Assembly: GCA_026985095.1 (NCBI GenBank)
Contig: JALSQW010000018.1
Coordinates: forward strand, 23,989-87,988
Length of the DNA: 64,000 nucleotides
Source: Acidimicrobiia bacterium
GTDB taxonomy: Bacteria > Actinomycetota > Acidimicrobiia > Spongiisociales > UBA5794
Direction of reading: 5' to 3'
Shown: positions 11,311 to 22,117 of the stretch, piece by piece
Numbering within the stretch: the stretch's first letter is position 1
Layout: each line of letters opens with the position of its first letter
Program-made: the position numbers and the translations under genes
The notes under the pieces: model-generated
Told to the model about the DNA's origin: nothing
The model's input: the letters and a program-made list of their open reading frames with translations, nothing else
Databases searched by the model: none

Positions 11311-11576
11311 CGGGGTCCGCCGACGGCCGTCAACACGACGATCCACACCACCGCGAGGACGGTCCCGGCCAGGACCGGGAACCACGACCGCCGCGGCCAC
11401 CAGCGCACAGCGAGGGCGGCGGCGACGATCCACAGCGACACGAGCCCGACGACCCAGACGGCGGGGATGACGAGCAACGAGGCGAGGCTCAGGAGGAGAA
11501 CCATCGCCAGGAAGCCTCCGCCGATCAGCCCGAACAGGAGCCGGTACGCCTCGGGATCGTGTTCGTCGTGCGCCAT
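11307..11576 (-). CDS. Small membrane protein
   Basis: About three hydrophobic segments; overlaps the next start codon; TAACCT 7 nt upstream. Confidence 0.7.
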   Translation of the reverse strand: MAHDEHDPEAYRLLFGLIGGGFLAMVLLLSLASLLVIPAVWVVGLVSLWIVAAALAVRWWPRRSWFPVLAGTVLAVVWIVVLTAVGGPR

Positions 11577-11586
11577 CGGCGGGAGG

Positions 11587-12201
11587 TTACCGGTCGACGA
11601 CGACGTCGAGCTCGCTCACCACTCCCTCGACGATGCGGTAGGCGCGGATCTCCGGGCGGGTCAGGACCTGCCCGACGATGACGTAGTACCAGGACGGGTC
11701 GAGGGCGCCGGCGACGTCGGCGGCCGACGGGTAGGCGGCGGTGCGGGGATGGGAATGGAACACCCCGGCGATCGTCCAGCCGTTGCGTGACGCGTGCTTC
11801 CAGGCCCCGTAGTGCTCCTGCGGGGCCACCGTGAAGCGACGTTCCGAAGCATCGATGTTGGTCAGCGGGTAGGCCATGACCACCCTCCCGCGGCCATCGG
11901 ATGCGAACAGGCCGCAGGCCTCCGTCGGGGCCACGAACCGGGCCTGTTGCACCATGGCCGCCGCGACCTCGTGCGGCAGACGCAAGGTCTCGATGCCCAA
12001 CGCCTCACAGGCCCGGGCGAGATCCTCGGGTCGTACGGAGAGGCGCACCCCGAAGCTCGAGAAGAAGCCGGGGTTGAGGCCGCCTTCGTCTTCGGCGACG
12101 ACGACCGAGTCGATCCCCTCCGCGCGCAGCACCGCGGCAGCGACCTCGGCATCGCCCCGCCGGGGATAGACCCGTACCGACGCCGGTGACGACTTCGCCA
12201 T
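11587..12201 (-). CDS. JAB/MPN (M67, Mec-like) metallopeptidase with N-terminal DUF2007-like domain
   Basis: EACGL plus HSHPRTAAYPSAAD JAMM motif; the N-terminal AEVAAAVLRAEGI...VRLSVRPED...A..AL pattern resembles DUF2007. Confidence 0.85.
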   Translation of the reverse strand: MAKSSPASVRVYPRRGDAEVAAAVLRAEGIDSVVVAEDEGGLNPGFFSSFGVRLSVRPEDLARACEALGIETLRLPHEVAAAMVQQARFVAPTEACGLFASDGRGRVVMAYPLTNIDASERRFTVAPQEHYGAWKHASRNGWTIAGVFHSHPRTAAYPSAADVAGALDPSWYYVIVGQVLTRPEIRAYRIVEGVVSELDVVVDR

Positions 12202-12205
12202 GGCG

Positions 12206-13426
12206 TCAGGCGCGGAGGATGGGCTGGGTCATGCACCGGCTCCCGCCGCGACCGCGCCCGAGTTCGGAGGCGTCGAGTTCGAGCACCTTGACACCGTGAT
12301 CACGCAACCGACGGTTGGTCTCTTGGTTCCGCACATAGGCGATCACCAGTCCCGGAGAGACGGCCAGGGTGTTGTTGCCGTCGTCCCACTGCTCGCGCAT
12401 GCGGCCGATGGCGTCGCCGCCGGTGGGGATGAACACGAGGTCGTCTCGTTCGAGGGCGTCGGCCAGGACGGTCGGGAGGTCCACGCCCCGTTCCACCTGC
12501 AACGCCCGACCGTCGCCGGGGCGGATCACATGAACGACCACGTCGTGCATCAGTCCCGGGTACACGTTGAACTTGCCGTGGTCGACCATCGTGAAGACGG
12601 TGTCGAGATGCATCACGGCCCGGCTCCGCAACAGATGGACGACGATGATCCGATCGACCCGCCCTGCCGCGAACAGGTTGCGGGCGAGCATCTCGACAGC
12701 AGAGGGAGTCGTGCGCTCGCCGATGCCGACCATCACCGTGCGCTCGTCGAGGACGAGGATGTCGCCGCCTTCGATACTGGCGGGATAGCGCTCGTCGTCG
12801 CCGGTCCCGTACCACGCGGGGAACCCGACATCAGCGAAGCGGGGATGATGGTCGTAGATGGTGCGCACGAGGATCGACTCGGCCGCTCGGGCGGGGGTGG
12901 CCAGCACGCTGCGGACGAGCCCGTCGTCGATCCACGCCGCGTTGTCGCGCATGAACAGGAGGTTGGGCAGCGGGCGCAGGACGTAGTGGAACCGGTCGGC
13001 CACGAGATCGGCGAACAGCGGGTCGATGCCCCAGTCGCTCAGTTCGGACTCGAGCAGACCTCCCAGGAGCACCTCGACGACGGCTTCGGTCGGCGCCTCC
13101 GCGAGGGCCGCTCGCATGTGCTCGGCGATCCGGGGACCAACGGCGGCGGGCGTCACGATGGCGTCGACGACGTCCGACCGGATGTCGGGCACGTCGAGGC
13201 AGTCCCCCAACAGGTCCGTGAAGTAGAGCACTTCGACGCCGAGGTCGACGAGCATGCGGGTGAACCGGTCGTGCTCCTCCTGCGCGCGCTCCAACCAGAG
13301 CAGGTCGTCGAACAGGAGGGCTTCCTTGTTGTCGGGCGTGACCCGGGCGATCTCGATCCCGGGACGGTGGACCAACACCGTACGCAGCTCGGTCACCTCG
13401 GACGAGACGAACGGAGACGGGATCAT
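12206..13426 (-). CDS. arcA: Arginine deiminase
   Basis: SEVTELRTVLVHRPG, LLFDD, PNLLFMRD, IEGGD, MHLDTV and GRGGSRCM (catalytic Cys). Start chosen 7 nt after a TATCGT -10. Confidence 0.95.
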   Translation of the reverse strand: MIPSPFVSSEVTELRTVLVHRPGIEIARVTPDNKEALLFDDLLWLERAQEEHDRFTRMLVDLGVEVLYFTDLLGDCLDVPDIRSDVVDAIVTPAAVGPRIAEHMRAALAEAPTEAVVEVLLGGLLESELSDWGIDPLFADLVADRFHYVLRPLPNLLFMRDNAAWIDDGLVRSVLATPARAAESILVRTIYDHHPRFADVGFPAWYGTGDDERYPASIEGGDILVLDERTVMVGIGERTTPSAVEMLARNLFAAGRVDRIIVVHLLRSRAVMHLDTVFTMVDHGKFNVYPGLMHDVVVHVIRPGDGRALQVERGVDLPTVLADALERDDLVFIPTGGDAIGRMREQWDDGNNTLAVSPGLVIAYVRNQETNRRLRDHGVKVLELDASELGRGRGGSRCMTQPILRA

Positions 13427-13462
13427 GGTCGCGACGATACACATCGCGACACCCTGCGGACG

Positions 13463-13671
13463 CGAAAGGACCCGGAGACACTTCGGCGGGTATGCCGCCG
13501 CCGTGAGGGACCAGCTCACGGATCTCCGAGTCCCGGTGGTCCGAGTTGGAGTCGCCACCTACCTCCCGGGGGGAGGAAGCGGCCAACTGCAGACATGGCC
13601 GCTTAGCGCTCGGCCACCTCCGGAGTCCTCAAAGAACTTCGATACATCTTCGGACCACCTCCTTTCTCCGT
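13463..13671 (-). ncRNA. Candidate structured RNA or sORF leader with 16S anti-SD complement
   Basis: Extended -10 TGgCACAAT (13678-13686); AGAAAGGAGGTGGTCC; stems 13535-44/13650-59, 13577-85/13596-604 and 13562-67/13571-76; terminal three-way junction 13468-13533 followed by TTT. Confidence 0.6.
13603..13647 (-). CDS. Putative 14-aa peptide [14 protein letters not shown]
   Basis: ATG...TAA downstream of an unusually long SD; codon usage is atypically AT-rich for this genome. Confidence 0.4.
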   Translation of the reverse strand: MYRSSLRTPEVAER

Positions 13672-13747
13672 GAGCCGATTGTGCCACAAGATCGCGCGTT
13701 CCGCGACGACTTGTAGGGTGGAGCCCCACGGATCGGGAGCACAGGAC

Positions 13748-14791
<1,044 letters not shown>

Positions 14792-14792
14792 C

Positions 14793-15572
14793 GTGTCGGA
14801 CATCTTCGGGTTCGAGCCGGTGAACGACGGGTGGGAGGGTGAGCTTCCCGAAGGTTGGGGGGTCGTCGGAGGCGCGATCAACGGCGGGTATCTCCTGGCC
14901 GTCGTGACCGCGCTGGCGCAGACGTCCGTTCGGCAGCCCGATCCGGTCACGGTCACCGGCCACTTCACCGGACCGGGGCGGGCCGGTCCCGCTCGGGTCG
15001 TCACGACCGTTCACAAGTCGGGTGGCGGCCACTCGACGGTCGGTGCGACCCTCGTTCAGGAGGGCAGGACCGTCGTGGCGGCATTGGCGACGTTCGGGGA
15101 CCTGTCGGTCGTCCCGGCCGACGATCCCACGCCGGCCCCTTCCGGTTCACCCCACGACGCGGTGGCGGTGACCAAGGCCCGGGCGCCGGGGACGCCCGAC
15201 ATCGTCGAGCGCCTCCAGCTCCGCATCGACGCCGACCTGGCGGAGTTCTTCACCGGAGCCCCGGCCGGTCGGGCCGAGATGGCCGGCTGGATCCACCCGA
15301 GCCCGGAGACGCCGCCTGGCGTGTTCGGGCTGCTGGTGATGGCCGACGTGTTCCCTCCGCCGATCTTCAACCTGGGTCATCTCGGGTGGACGCCGACGGT
15401 CGAACTGACCGTGCACTGTCGCCGTCGTCCCCCCCGAGGATGGGTGCGAGGTGAGTTCCGGACCCGTTTCATGACCGGCCCCTACCTGGAGGAGGACGGC
15501 GAGCTCCGCGACGCCGACGGGCGCCTCCTGGCCGTGTCCCGCCAGCTGGCGCTCATGCCGAGACGCTCCTGA
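14793..15572 (+). CDS. Double hot-dog thioesterase family protein
   Basis: NGGYL, ADVFPP, WTPTVELTVH and EEDGEL...SRQLA motifs. Confidence 0.88.
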   Translation: MSDIFGFEPVNDGWEGELPEGWGVVGGAINGGYLLAVVTALAQTSVRQPDPVTVTGHFTGPGRAGPARVVTTVHKSGGGHSTVGATLVQEGRTVVAALATFGDLSVVPADDPTPAPSGSPHDAVAVTKARAPGTPDIVERLQLRIDADLAEFFTGAPAGRAEMAGWIHPSPETPPGVFGLLVMADVFPPPIFNLGHLGWTPTVELTVHCRRRPPRGWVRGEFRTRFMTGPYLEEDGELRDADGRLLAVSRQLALMPRRS

Positions 15573-15649
15573 CCGGCGGCTCAGGCGCGGCGGCGAGCCG
15601 GAGCGGAGGCCGCACGGTCTATCATCGCGCCGTCGTCTCAGGAGGTACG

Positions 15650-15973
15650 TTGCCGGTCATCGATCTCGGAGTTGGGTTGGCGCTGGCGGTCGGAGCCGGC
15701 GCGGTGGCGGTGGCGGGGTGGCTCGCGTTCGAGCCGCTGCGGAACGCCGACATGGAACCGGGATCGGCGCTGGTGGCCGCAACGATCGGACTGACGGTGG
15801 CCATCGCAGGCGGCGTCGGTATCTCATGGGCGACCACGAACTCCGAGCTGAGCGCCGAGTCGACACTGTTCTGGGCGGGGTTGGCCGGGATCGTCGCCAT
15901 CGTCGGGGTGGAGCTCGCCGCGATCGCCGCCGCCAAGATCGATCTGGAAGCCGCTCGGCGCGACGCCCCCTGA
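15650..15973 (+). CDS. Small membrane protein
   Basis: AGGAGG RBS before a TTG start; three hydrophobic segments. Confidence 0.7.
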   Translation: MPVIDLGVGLALAVGAGAVAVAGWLAFEPLRNADMEPGSALVAATIGLTVAIAGGVGISWATTNSELSAESTLFWAGLAGIVAIVGVELAAIAAAKIDLEAARRDAP

Positions 15974-16115
15974 GAACTCCGACGCCTCAGACCACCCGCC
16001 TCATCAGCCGGTGGCACCGCGCTCGGGTCGGGACGACGGCAAAGACCGAAGGTCCCGACCGAACAGGTCGGTCGGTTCGACGGGTCCCGGCCGTCGGCGG
16101 TCCACGGCCATCTGC

Positions 16116-16469
16116 GGTGGAGGTGGGGGGAATCGAACCCCCGTCCCATGAGGTTTCAGCGCCGGCATCTCCGAGCGCAGCCGACAGCGAGCGTTCGGAA
16201 CCCGAGGACCCTGTCGGCCAGTTCCCTCGAGCCCTATCCGGGATGGTCTTTCCCCGCCGGTCCCGGAACCCCGGCGGGGGCATCCTGCATTGCGATGCCC
16301 GATCCCGGCGAGGCAGGCACCCTCCGGGCGGACACGCTGCTTACTTAGGCAGCGAGTGCGAAGTTGTCTTCGGCACTTGTTGGTTGTTCCCGGCTCTTTA
16401 ACGAGGACTCCGGGGACCTCGGCTCGCTTCCGGCGCCTCGACCCTCACGGTCGAAACCAGGTCACCCCC
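16116..16469 (-). ncRNA. ssrA: tmRNA; tag (A)AEDNFALAA encoded at 16345-16374
   Basis: 5' GGGGGTGACCTGGTTTCGAC, 3' GGTTCGATTCCCCCCACCTCCACC, G-U pair in the acceptor stem, tag ORF ending ALAA-TAA; near smpB. Confidence 0.97.
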
Positions 16470-16601
16470 ATGCGGCCGGCGAACCCGTGGTTCGCGAGCC
16501 GGACGGAACGCCTGAGGCGTCGCACCAAGGGTAACGCCTCGGGGGCGCTGCGCGTTCCCATCGGCTGGGCGTACCGACTTGGGGCCGATAGCCTCCAGGC
16601 G

Positions 16602-17420
16602 ATGGACGACACGACCGCCTCCTCCCCTCGGCCTGCCGACGACGTGGGAGGCCGAGCCGAAGCGTCGACCGCTCCCTCCCATCCGGTCGGGCGAGGCACC
16701 CCCGCCGCCAGCCCGTCTCGACGCTCGAGCCCGATGGTGATCACCTCGGTGGTGGGCATCGTCGTCCTCGTCGCCATGCAGCTCGTCGTGCTGGTCGGTC
16801 TCAACGGCATCGACCGACGGGTCGACGACCTGTCGGGGGACGTCGCCGCCCTCGAGGCGTCGGTGTCGGAGCAGATCGCCGGGATCGAGGCCCGGGCGTC
16901 GGCCGCTCCCGATACGGCACGGCCCCCGACGGCGGCGCTGCCCGCCGGGTACCTGCCGCTGTACGACCCACAGAGCCCCGACGGTGCCCTGGGGATGCAG
17001 CTCGGACCGCTGTCGGGCCGGGAGTACTACTCGGGGACCGAGCTGACCGTCGACCCGGCCGACGGGACGCGCCGGATATGGCTGGTCTGGGCCCATTGGT
17101 GCCCGTACTGCCAGCAGGAACTGCCCGAGGTGTCCGCCTGGTACCCGACCCAGGATCTCGACGGCCTCGAGGTGGTGTCGGTCACCACGTCGATCGATCC
17201 GGACCGGGGCAACCCGCTCGAGCCGTACCTCGACGGACTGGCGCTGCCGTTCCCGGTGTTGGTCGACTCCGACCTGACGATGGCCCGTCGACTGGGCGTC
17301 TCGGCGTTCCCCTTCTGGGTCGTCACCGACGGGGACGGGACGGTGCTGCTTCGCACCGCCGGCCTCCTTCCCATCGAACAGGTCCAGGCGATCGCCGACC
17401 GGCTCGCCCAGATGCCCTGA
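16602..17420 (+). CDS. Membrane-anchored TlpA-like thiol-disulfide oxidoreductase
   Basis: TM helix, short coiled coil, WAHWCPYC active site and AFP cis-Pro; TAGCCT 7 nt upstream. Confidence 0.85.
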   Translation: MDDTTASSPRPADDVGGRAEASTAPSHPVGRGTPAASPSRRSSPMVITSVVGIVVLVAMQLVVLVGLNGIDRRVDDLSGDVAALEASVSEQIAGIEARASAAPDTARPPTAALPAGYLPLYDPQSPDGALGMQLGPLSGREYYSGTELTVDPADGTRRIWLVWAHWCPYCQQELPEVSAWYPTQDLDGLEVVSVTTSIDPDRGNPLEPYLDGLALPFPVLVDSDLTMARRLGVSAFPFWVVTDGDGTVLLRTAGLLPIEQVQAIADRLAQMP

Positions 17421-17426
17421 CCTGCC

Positions 17427-17548
17427 AACCCAGGGTTCAGGAACCCCCTCCAGGGGTGTCGCCAACCCAGGGTTCAGGAACCCCCTCCAGGGGTGCCGCC
17501 AACCCAGGGTTCAGGAACCCCCTCCAGGGGTGTCGCCAACCCAGGGTT
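17427..17548. repeat. 37-bp-period double-palindrome array, copy 2
   Basis: AACCCAGGGTT at 17427, 17464, 17501 and 17538, alternating with CCCCTCCAGGGG; lies between convergent genes. Confidence 0.93.
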
Positions 17549-17566
17549 CGGGAAGTCCGGTGTCGG

Positions 17567-18019
17567 TCAGCGGCGCCGGCGGGCACGATCCATCTCGCGG
17601 CGTTGTTGCCGCTCTACGATCGACCGGCGCTTGTCCCTCGTCCGCTTCCCCTTGGCCAAGCCCAACTCCACCTTCGCCAGGCCGTGGGTGAAGTAGATCG
17701 ACAGCGGGATCAGCGTCAACCCCTGTTCCTTCATCTTCCCGAAGAGCCGGTCGATCTCGCGTCGCCTCATCAGCAGTTTGCGGGGCCGCTCGGGGTCGTG
17801 GCCACCGTCACGGGCGAAGCCGTACGGAGCGATGTGCACGTTCTCCAACCACACCTCGCCACCGCGGATCGCGGCGTACCCGTCCTTGATCTGCACCTGT
17901 CCGGCCCGGAGCGACTTGACCTCCGAGCCGGTGAGCTGGATGCCGGCTTCGAACCGATCGAGGATCTCGTAGTCGTGCCGGGCCCGTCGGTTGGTCGCCA
18001 CGATCTTGCGTCCGGCCAT
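17567..18019 (-). CDS. smpB: SsrA-binding protein
   Basis: NRRARHDY, EAGIQLTGSEVKSLR, RKLL and KGK...DKR. Confidence 0.98.
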   Translation of the reverse strand: MAGRKIVATNRRARHDYEILDRFEAGIQLTGSEVKSLRAGQVQIKDGYAAIRGGEVWLENVHIAPYGFARDGGHDPERPRKLLMRRREIDRLFGKMKEQGLTLIPLSIYFTHGLAKVELGLAKGKRTRDKRRSIVERQQRREMDRARRRR

Positions 18020-18030
18020 GGTCGGCAAGG

Positions 18031-19224
18031 CTACAGGTACGTCATCGGATCGACCGGCCTGCCGTCGATCCGGACCTCGAAGTGCAGATGCGGTCCCGTC
18101 GACAGACCGGTGCTGCCGACGTAGCCGATGACCTGACCCCCCTCGACCCGCTGACCGACCTTCACCGCCAGCTTCGACTGGTGTGCATACAGGGTGACCA
18201 TGCCGCCGCCGTGGTCGATCATGACGGCGTTGCCGTAGCCGCCCTTGACGCCGGAGAAGATGACCCGCCCGGAGGCGAAGGCGACGATCGGCTGACCCTT
18301 CGCACCGTCCATGTCGACGCCGTTGTGCATCTTGACCGTGCCGTAGATCGGGTGCACACGGGGCCCGAAGAACGAATCCACCCGACCCGGCACGGGCCGG
18401 AAGTACCTGCCCGTGGCGCGTTCGGTCCCTCGGCGCGATCGGGCCAGGATGAGCCGCTCGATCGAGGCCTGCTCCCGTTCGAGCCCGGCGATCTCCTTCT
18501 CCCAGCGGGCGATCTCGCCCTCGACCTCGGCCAGCAGCTCCTGCTGGGACGACCGCTCGGCCTCCAGCTCCTCCCGGCGCTGGGCCAGCTCGGTGGCCAG
18601 GGACCGCAGCTCGGCCTCATCGCCGGCGATCGCGGCGAGCTCCACCGCGGCCTCCTGCTCGGCGGAGACGACGATCGCCTGCAGACGGGCCTCCTCCAAC
18701 ACCGTCGCCACCCAGCGGTCGGCGGCCTCCTCCCGGTCGCGGGTCAGCCGGTCGAGGTACGCGACGCCGACGAGCACATCGTTGACCGCGGTCGCGGAGA
18801 AGGCGACGGTCCCGGCCCCGGCCCCAGCCGACATGTAGGCATCCCTGGCCCAGGCCTTGGCGTCGGCGGCCGCCGACGCCGCCTTCGCGCGTGCCTCGGC
18901 GAGACTGCGGTACTGGGCTCGAAGCGACCGCCGGATGGAATCCAGGTCACCCCGACGGTCGGCCAGGTCGGCGTCGAGACGGTCGATCTCGGTCTGGATC
19001 GCCGCGATGCGATCCGCCAGCTCGTCGGAACGACGCTTCGTGTCCTTGATCCGACGCGCCAGGGCGGACCGTTCGGCGGCGGCGTCACGGACCCGCCGCT
19101 CGAGCTTGTCGATCTTCGTCTTGACCTCACGCAGGTCCCGCGAGGTGTCGGCGCCCGCGACGACGGGGAACGTCCCCAGGAGGACAGCGACCAGCGCGAG
19201 GGTGGTGAGGACGCGTCGGATCAT
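18031..19224 (-). CDS. Coiled-coil M23 peptidase (EnvC/murein hydrolase-like)
   Basis: Signal peptide, long coiled coil, HNGVD, YAHQS and GPHLHFEVR; follows ftsX. Confidence 0.92.
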   Translation of the reverse strand: MIRRVLTTLALVAVLLGTFPVVAGADTSRDLREVKTKIDKLERRVRDAAAERSALARRIKDTKRRSDELADRIAAIQTEIDRLDADLADRRGDLDSIRRSLRAQYRSLAEARAKAASAAADAKAWARDAYMSAGAGAGTVAFSATAVNDVLVGVAYLDRLTRDREEAADRWVATVLEEARLQAIVVSAEQEAAVELAAIAGDEAELRSLATELAQRREELEAERSSQQELLAEVEGEIARWEKEIAGLEREQASIERLILARSRRGTERATGRYFRPVPGRVDSFFGPRVHPIYGTVKMHNGVDMDGAKGQPIVAFASGRVIFSGVKGGYGNAVMIDHGGGMVTLYAHQSKLAVKVGQRVEGGQVIGYVGSTGLSTGPHLHFEVRIDGRPVDPMTYL

Positions 19225-20111
19225 GCGCGGAGGTAGCGATGGACTGCAAGGCTCAGACTGCTGCCGGCGAGACCGGCCAGCATCCCGAACAGCAGGACCA
19301 GCGCACCCCGCTGAATGAGGAAACCATTGGCGACCGCCACGTTGATCCACTCCGGGAGATCGGAGAGACGGTCGACGGCGAGTTGTTGGGCGACGACGAT
19401 GAAGGCAACGGCCAGAGCGCCGCCGACGAGACCTTCGATGGCACCCTCGACCAGGAACGGCACCCGAACGAACCAGCTACTGGCGCCGACGAGCTTCATG
19501 ATCTCGATCTCTTCCCGGCGGGCGTAGATCGCCATGTGGATGGTGTTGGCGATGAGCGCCACCGCGGCAACGCCCAAGGCGAGCGCGAGGATCCAGAACA
19601 TGATGCGGAGACCATCCCGGAGGGCGATCATGGCGTCGATCGCCGGTCCGGCGGACGCGACCCGATGGATACCGGGGATGCCCTGGAGCTGGAAGACGAT
19701 GTTCTGGTAGTCCTCCGGTTCCTTGGGTTGGATCCTCACCGATGCCGGTACGAGATCCGGGTTGTTGGTGATGACCCGCAGCGCCGCGGGGTTCGAGGCG
19801 AGCAGCTCCTTGGCCTCGTCGAGCGCCTCGGCCTTGGAGACGAAGAACACGTCCTGGACCTCCGGCCAGCTCCGGATCTCGGCCTGGAGATCGTTGATGG
19901 CCGACGCCGACATGTCGTCGCGGAGGAAGGCGATGACCCGGACGTCCTCGGCCCATTGGGCGGTGTTGTTGCGGACCACCTCGCCGAACACCAGCGTCCC
20001 GAAGGTGAGCGAAAGCGAGATGAACACCGCCAGCACGGCGCCCAGCACCACCAGGGCGTTCCGGCCGATGTTGGTGAACGCCTCCCGGAAGACGTACGAC
20101 AGGCGGTTCAC
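19221..20111 (-). CDS. ftsX: Cell division permease FtsX
   Basis: Four TM segments; [13 protein letters not shown]...PFLVEG; follows ftsE. Confidence 0.95.
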   Translation of the reverse strand: MNRLSYVFREAFTNIGRNALVVLGAVLAVFISLSLTFGTLVFGEVVRNNTAQWAEDVRVIAFLRDDMSASAINDLQAEIRSWPEVQDVFFVSKAEALDEAKELLASNPAALRVITNNPDLVPASVRIQPKEPEDYQNIVFQLQGIPGIHRVASAGPAIDAMIALRDGLRIMFWILALALGVAAVALIANTIHMAIYARREEIEIMKLVGASSWFVRVPFLVEGAIEGLVGGALAVAFIVVAQQLAVDRLSDLPEWINVAVANGFLIQRGALVLLFGMLAGLAGSSLSLAVHRYLRA

Positions 20112-20974
20112 GACGCCTCCTCCTGCCCTTCGGCCACGGCGGCTTCGGCCTCGCCGACGTGGACCTCGGCTTCCGGAGCGGCGTCGGGGCCCGTCACCGG
20201 CTCCGCCTCCATCTCGGTGCCGCCCCCGGATGCGGCCGTGGCTGGAACCTCATCGGCCGGCGACGGCGGAGAGGAGGTCACCGGAGGTTGCTCCATGGTC
20301 TCGTAGACGCCGCGGCTCTCGTCTCGCACGACCCGGCCCCGGGCGAGTTCCACGACCCGGCGCCGCATCGCGTCGACGATGGCGTGATCGTGGGTGGCCA
20401 TCACGACGGTGGTGCCGGTGCGGTTGATCCGGTCGAGGATCCGCATGATGCCGACCGACGTCGCCGGGTCGAGGTTCCCGGTGGGCTCGTCGGCGAGCAG
20501 GATCAGCGGCCTGTTGATGAACGCTCTGGCGACCGATACCCGCTGCTGCTCGCCGCCGGAGAGCTGGCGGGGATAGCGATCCGCCTTGGCGGACAACCCG
20601 ACGAGCTTGAGCACCTGCGGCACCTGGGTGCGGACCACGCTCGGGGACTTCCCGGTGACCTCCATGGCGAAGGCGACGTTCTCGTAGACGGTCTTGTTGG
20701 GCAGCAGCTTGAAGTCCTGGAAGACGGTGCCGATGGAGCGGCGAAGATGCGGCACCTTCCAGTTCGGGAGCGCCGAAGCGTGCTTGCCGGCCACCCATAC
20801 GTCGCCGTTGGTCGGTAGTTCCTCGCGCATCATGAGGCGGATGAGCGTGGACTTGCCCGACCCCGACGGGCCGACGAGGAAGACGAACTCGCCCTTGGCG
20901 ACGTCGATGGTGACGTCCTTGAGCGCGACGACTCCGCCGTCGTAGACCTTGGTCACGTTCTCGAGACGGATCAA
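20108..20974 (-). CDS. ftsE: Cell division ATP-binding protein FtsE (acidic C-terminal extension)
   Basis: [25 protein letters not shown] and DEPTGNLD. Confidence 0.96.
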   Translation of the reverse strand: MIRLENVTKVYDGGVVALKDVTIDVAKGEFVFLVGPSGSGKSTLIRLMMREELPTNGDVWVAGKHASALPNWKVPHLRRSIGTVFQDFKLLPNKTVYENVAFAMEVTGKSPSVVRTQVPQVLKLVGLSAKADRYPRQLSGGEQQRVSVARAFINRPLILLADEPTGNLDPATSVGIMRILDRINRTGTTVVMATHDHAIVDAMRRRVVELARGRVVRDESRGVYETMEQPPVTSSPPSPADEVPATAASGGGTEMEAEPVTGPDAAPEAEVHVGEAEAAVAEGQEEAS

Positions 20975-21071
20975 TGAGGGATCCTCGTTCGGCTGTGTCT
21001 TCCCGGCCCCACCCCACGCCGCTGGCGAGGTTACCGGCTGGGCCGGATAACCCGTGCCTTTTCGGCTCCCG

Positions 21072-22064
21072 TCACGGCTCGCGAACGCACCGGTAGCCGT
21101 GACGGGGATTCCCCCAATCCTTCGGTTGGTGGGCGACGATCGACCCCGAGTAGTTGACGTACCACGCCTCGTCGACGTCGAACTCGTCGGCGGTCCAGTA
21201 GTAGATCGGGGCCTCGTCGGGCGCCCACAGGGGGGTCTCCTTGTCGGGCTCGGTCGGGCACGAAGCCGACGCCGACACCCCGTCCCAGGTACATCCCACC
21301 GGCGAACCGTCCCGGACCAGGGATCCGACGACCTCGTCGGTGGTCGGCATCCGCCAGGCGCCGGCGGGCCGATCCTGCAGCTCGGTCCCGTCGGCCGACA
21401 GGTACCGACATAGCCCGAAGAGCTCCATGTCGTCTCCGGTCGCGTGCCGAGTCGGCATCGGATCGGCGCCCCACCAGGCGAGCTCGTCCCACGACATCCA
21501 GTCGTCGGGTTCGACCTGGTTCCAGCCGGGACCGGCCGGGGCCCAGATCAGGTCGATGCCGGCACCCACGATGCGCCGTTCCCCTCGATCGCCGTCGTCG
21601 AGGCGGGACGCCAGGCGAGGGATCCACATCGCCGACACCGCCACGGTGATCGCCATCGCCCCGCCGGCGACGGCCACCGCCGCCCAGCGACGCCGGGCCG
21701 GAGGAACCGCCGGGCCGAAACGCATGAGACCGGCCCCGAGCAGCACGATCGCTCCCGTCACGGGGAACCACCCGAGGAGGAACCGCACCCCGATCGTCGC
21801 TCCCCTCCCGATCTGGATGGCGAGCACGAACACGGTGTAGACGGCGCCGATGATCATCAACACCGCCCCACCCGCCCTCGGCCACAGGGCGGCGACGACG
21901 CCGAGCAGGACGAACACGACACCAGGGACCAGGTAGAAGGCGCGCTGCCACCACGGGCCCCACCAGCCTTCGTAGTACATCTCGATCGCTCCCCAGGCCA
22001 TCCAGGCGAAGGCGAACACACCGATGGCGCCGATGACGGCGAGACCGAGCCGGGATCCCTTCAC
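21072..22064 (-). CDS. Membrane protein with C-terminal DUF1566/Lcl-like domain
   Basis: About five TM segments, then [18 protein letters not shown] and YRCVR patterns; GAGGGG RBS with GTG start. Confidence 0.7.
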   Translation of the reverse strand: MKGSRLGLAVIGAIGVFAFAWMAWGAIEMYYEGWWGPWWQRAFYLVPGVVFVLLGVVAALWPRAGGAVLMIIGAVYTVFVLAIQIGRGATIGVRFLLGWFPVTGAIVLLGAGLMRFGPAVPPARRRWAAVAVAGGAMAITVAVSAMWIPRLASRLDDGDRGERRIVGAGIDLIWAPAGPGWNQVEPDDWMSWDELAWWGADPMPTRHATGDDMELFGLCRYLSADGTELQDRPAGAWRMPTTDEVVGSLVRDGSPVGCTWDGVSASASCPTEPDKETPLWAPDEAPIYYWTADEFDVDEAWYVNYSGSIVAHQPKDWGNPRHGYRCVREP

Positions 22065-22117
22065 CCCCTCATCGTCTCGCCTCGGCGGCGGATGCCAAGG
22101 GGCGAAGGTCCCGGCCT

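Noticed and set aside
13516..13596. Second small ORF (MSAVGRFLPP...) in the arcA-pfkA element
   Set aside because: The nearest GGAGG is about 20 nt from its ATG and the ORF runs through strong stems; no support for translation.
13652..13667. 16S rRNA gene fragment
   Set aside because: Similarity is limited to the anti-SD 16-mer and the flanks are not rRNA-like; treated as an SD-type element instead.
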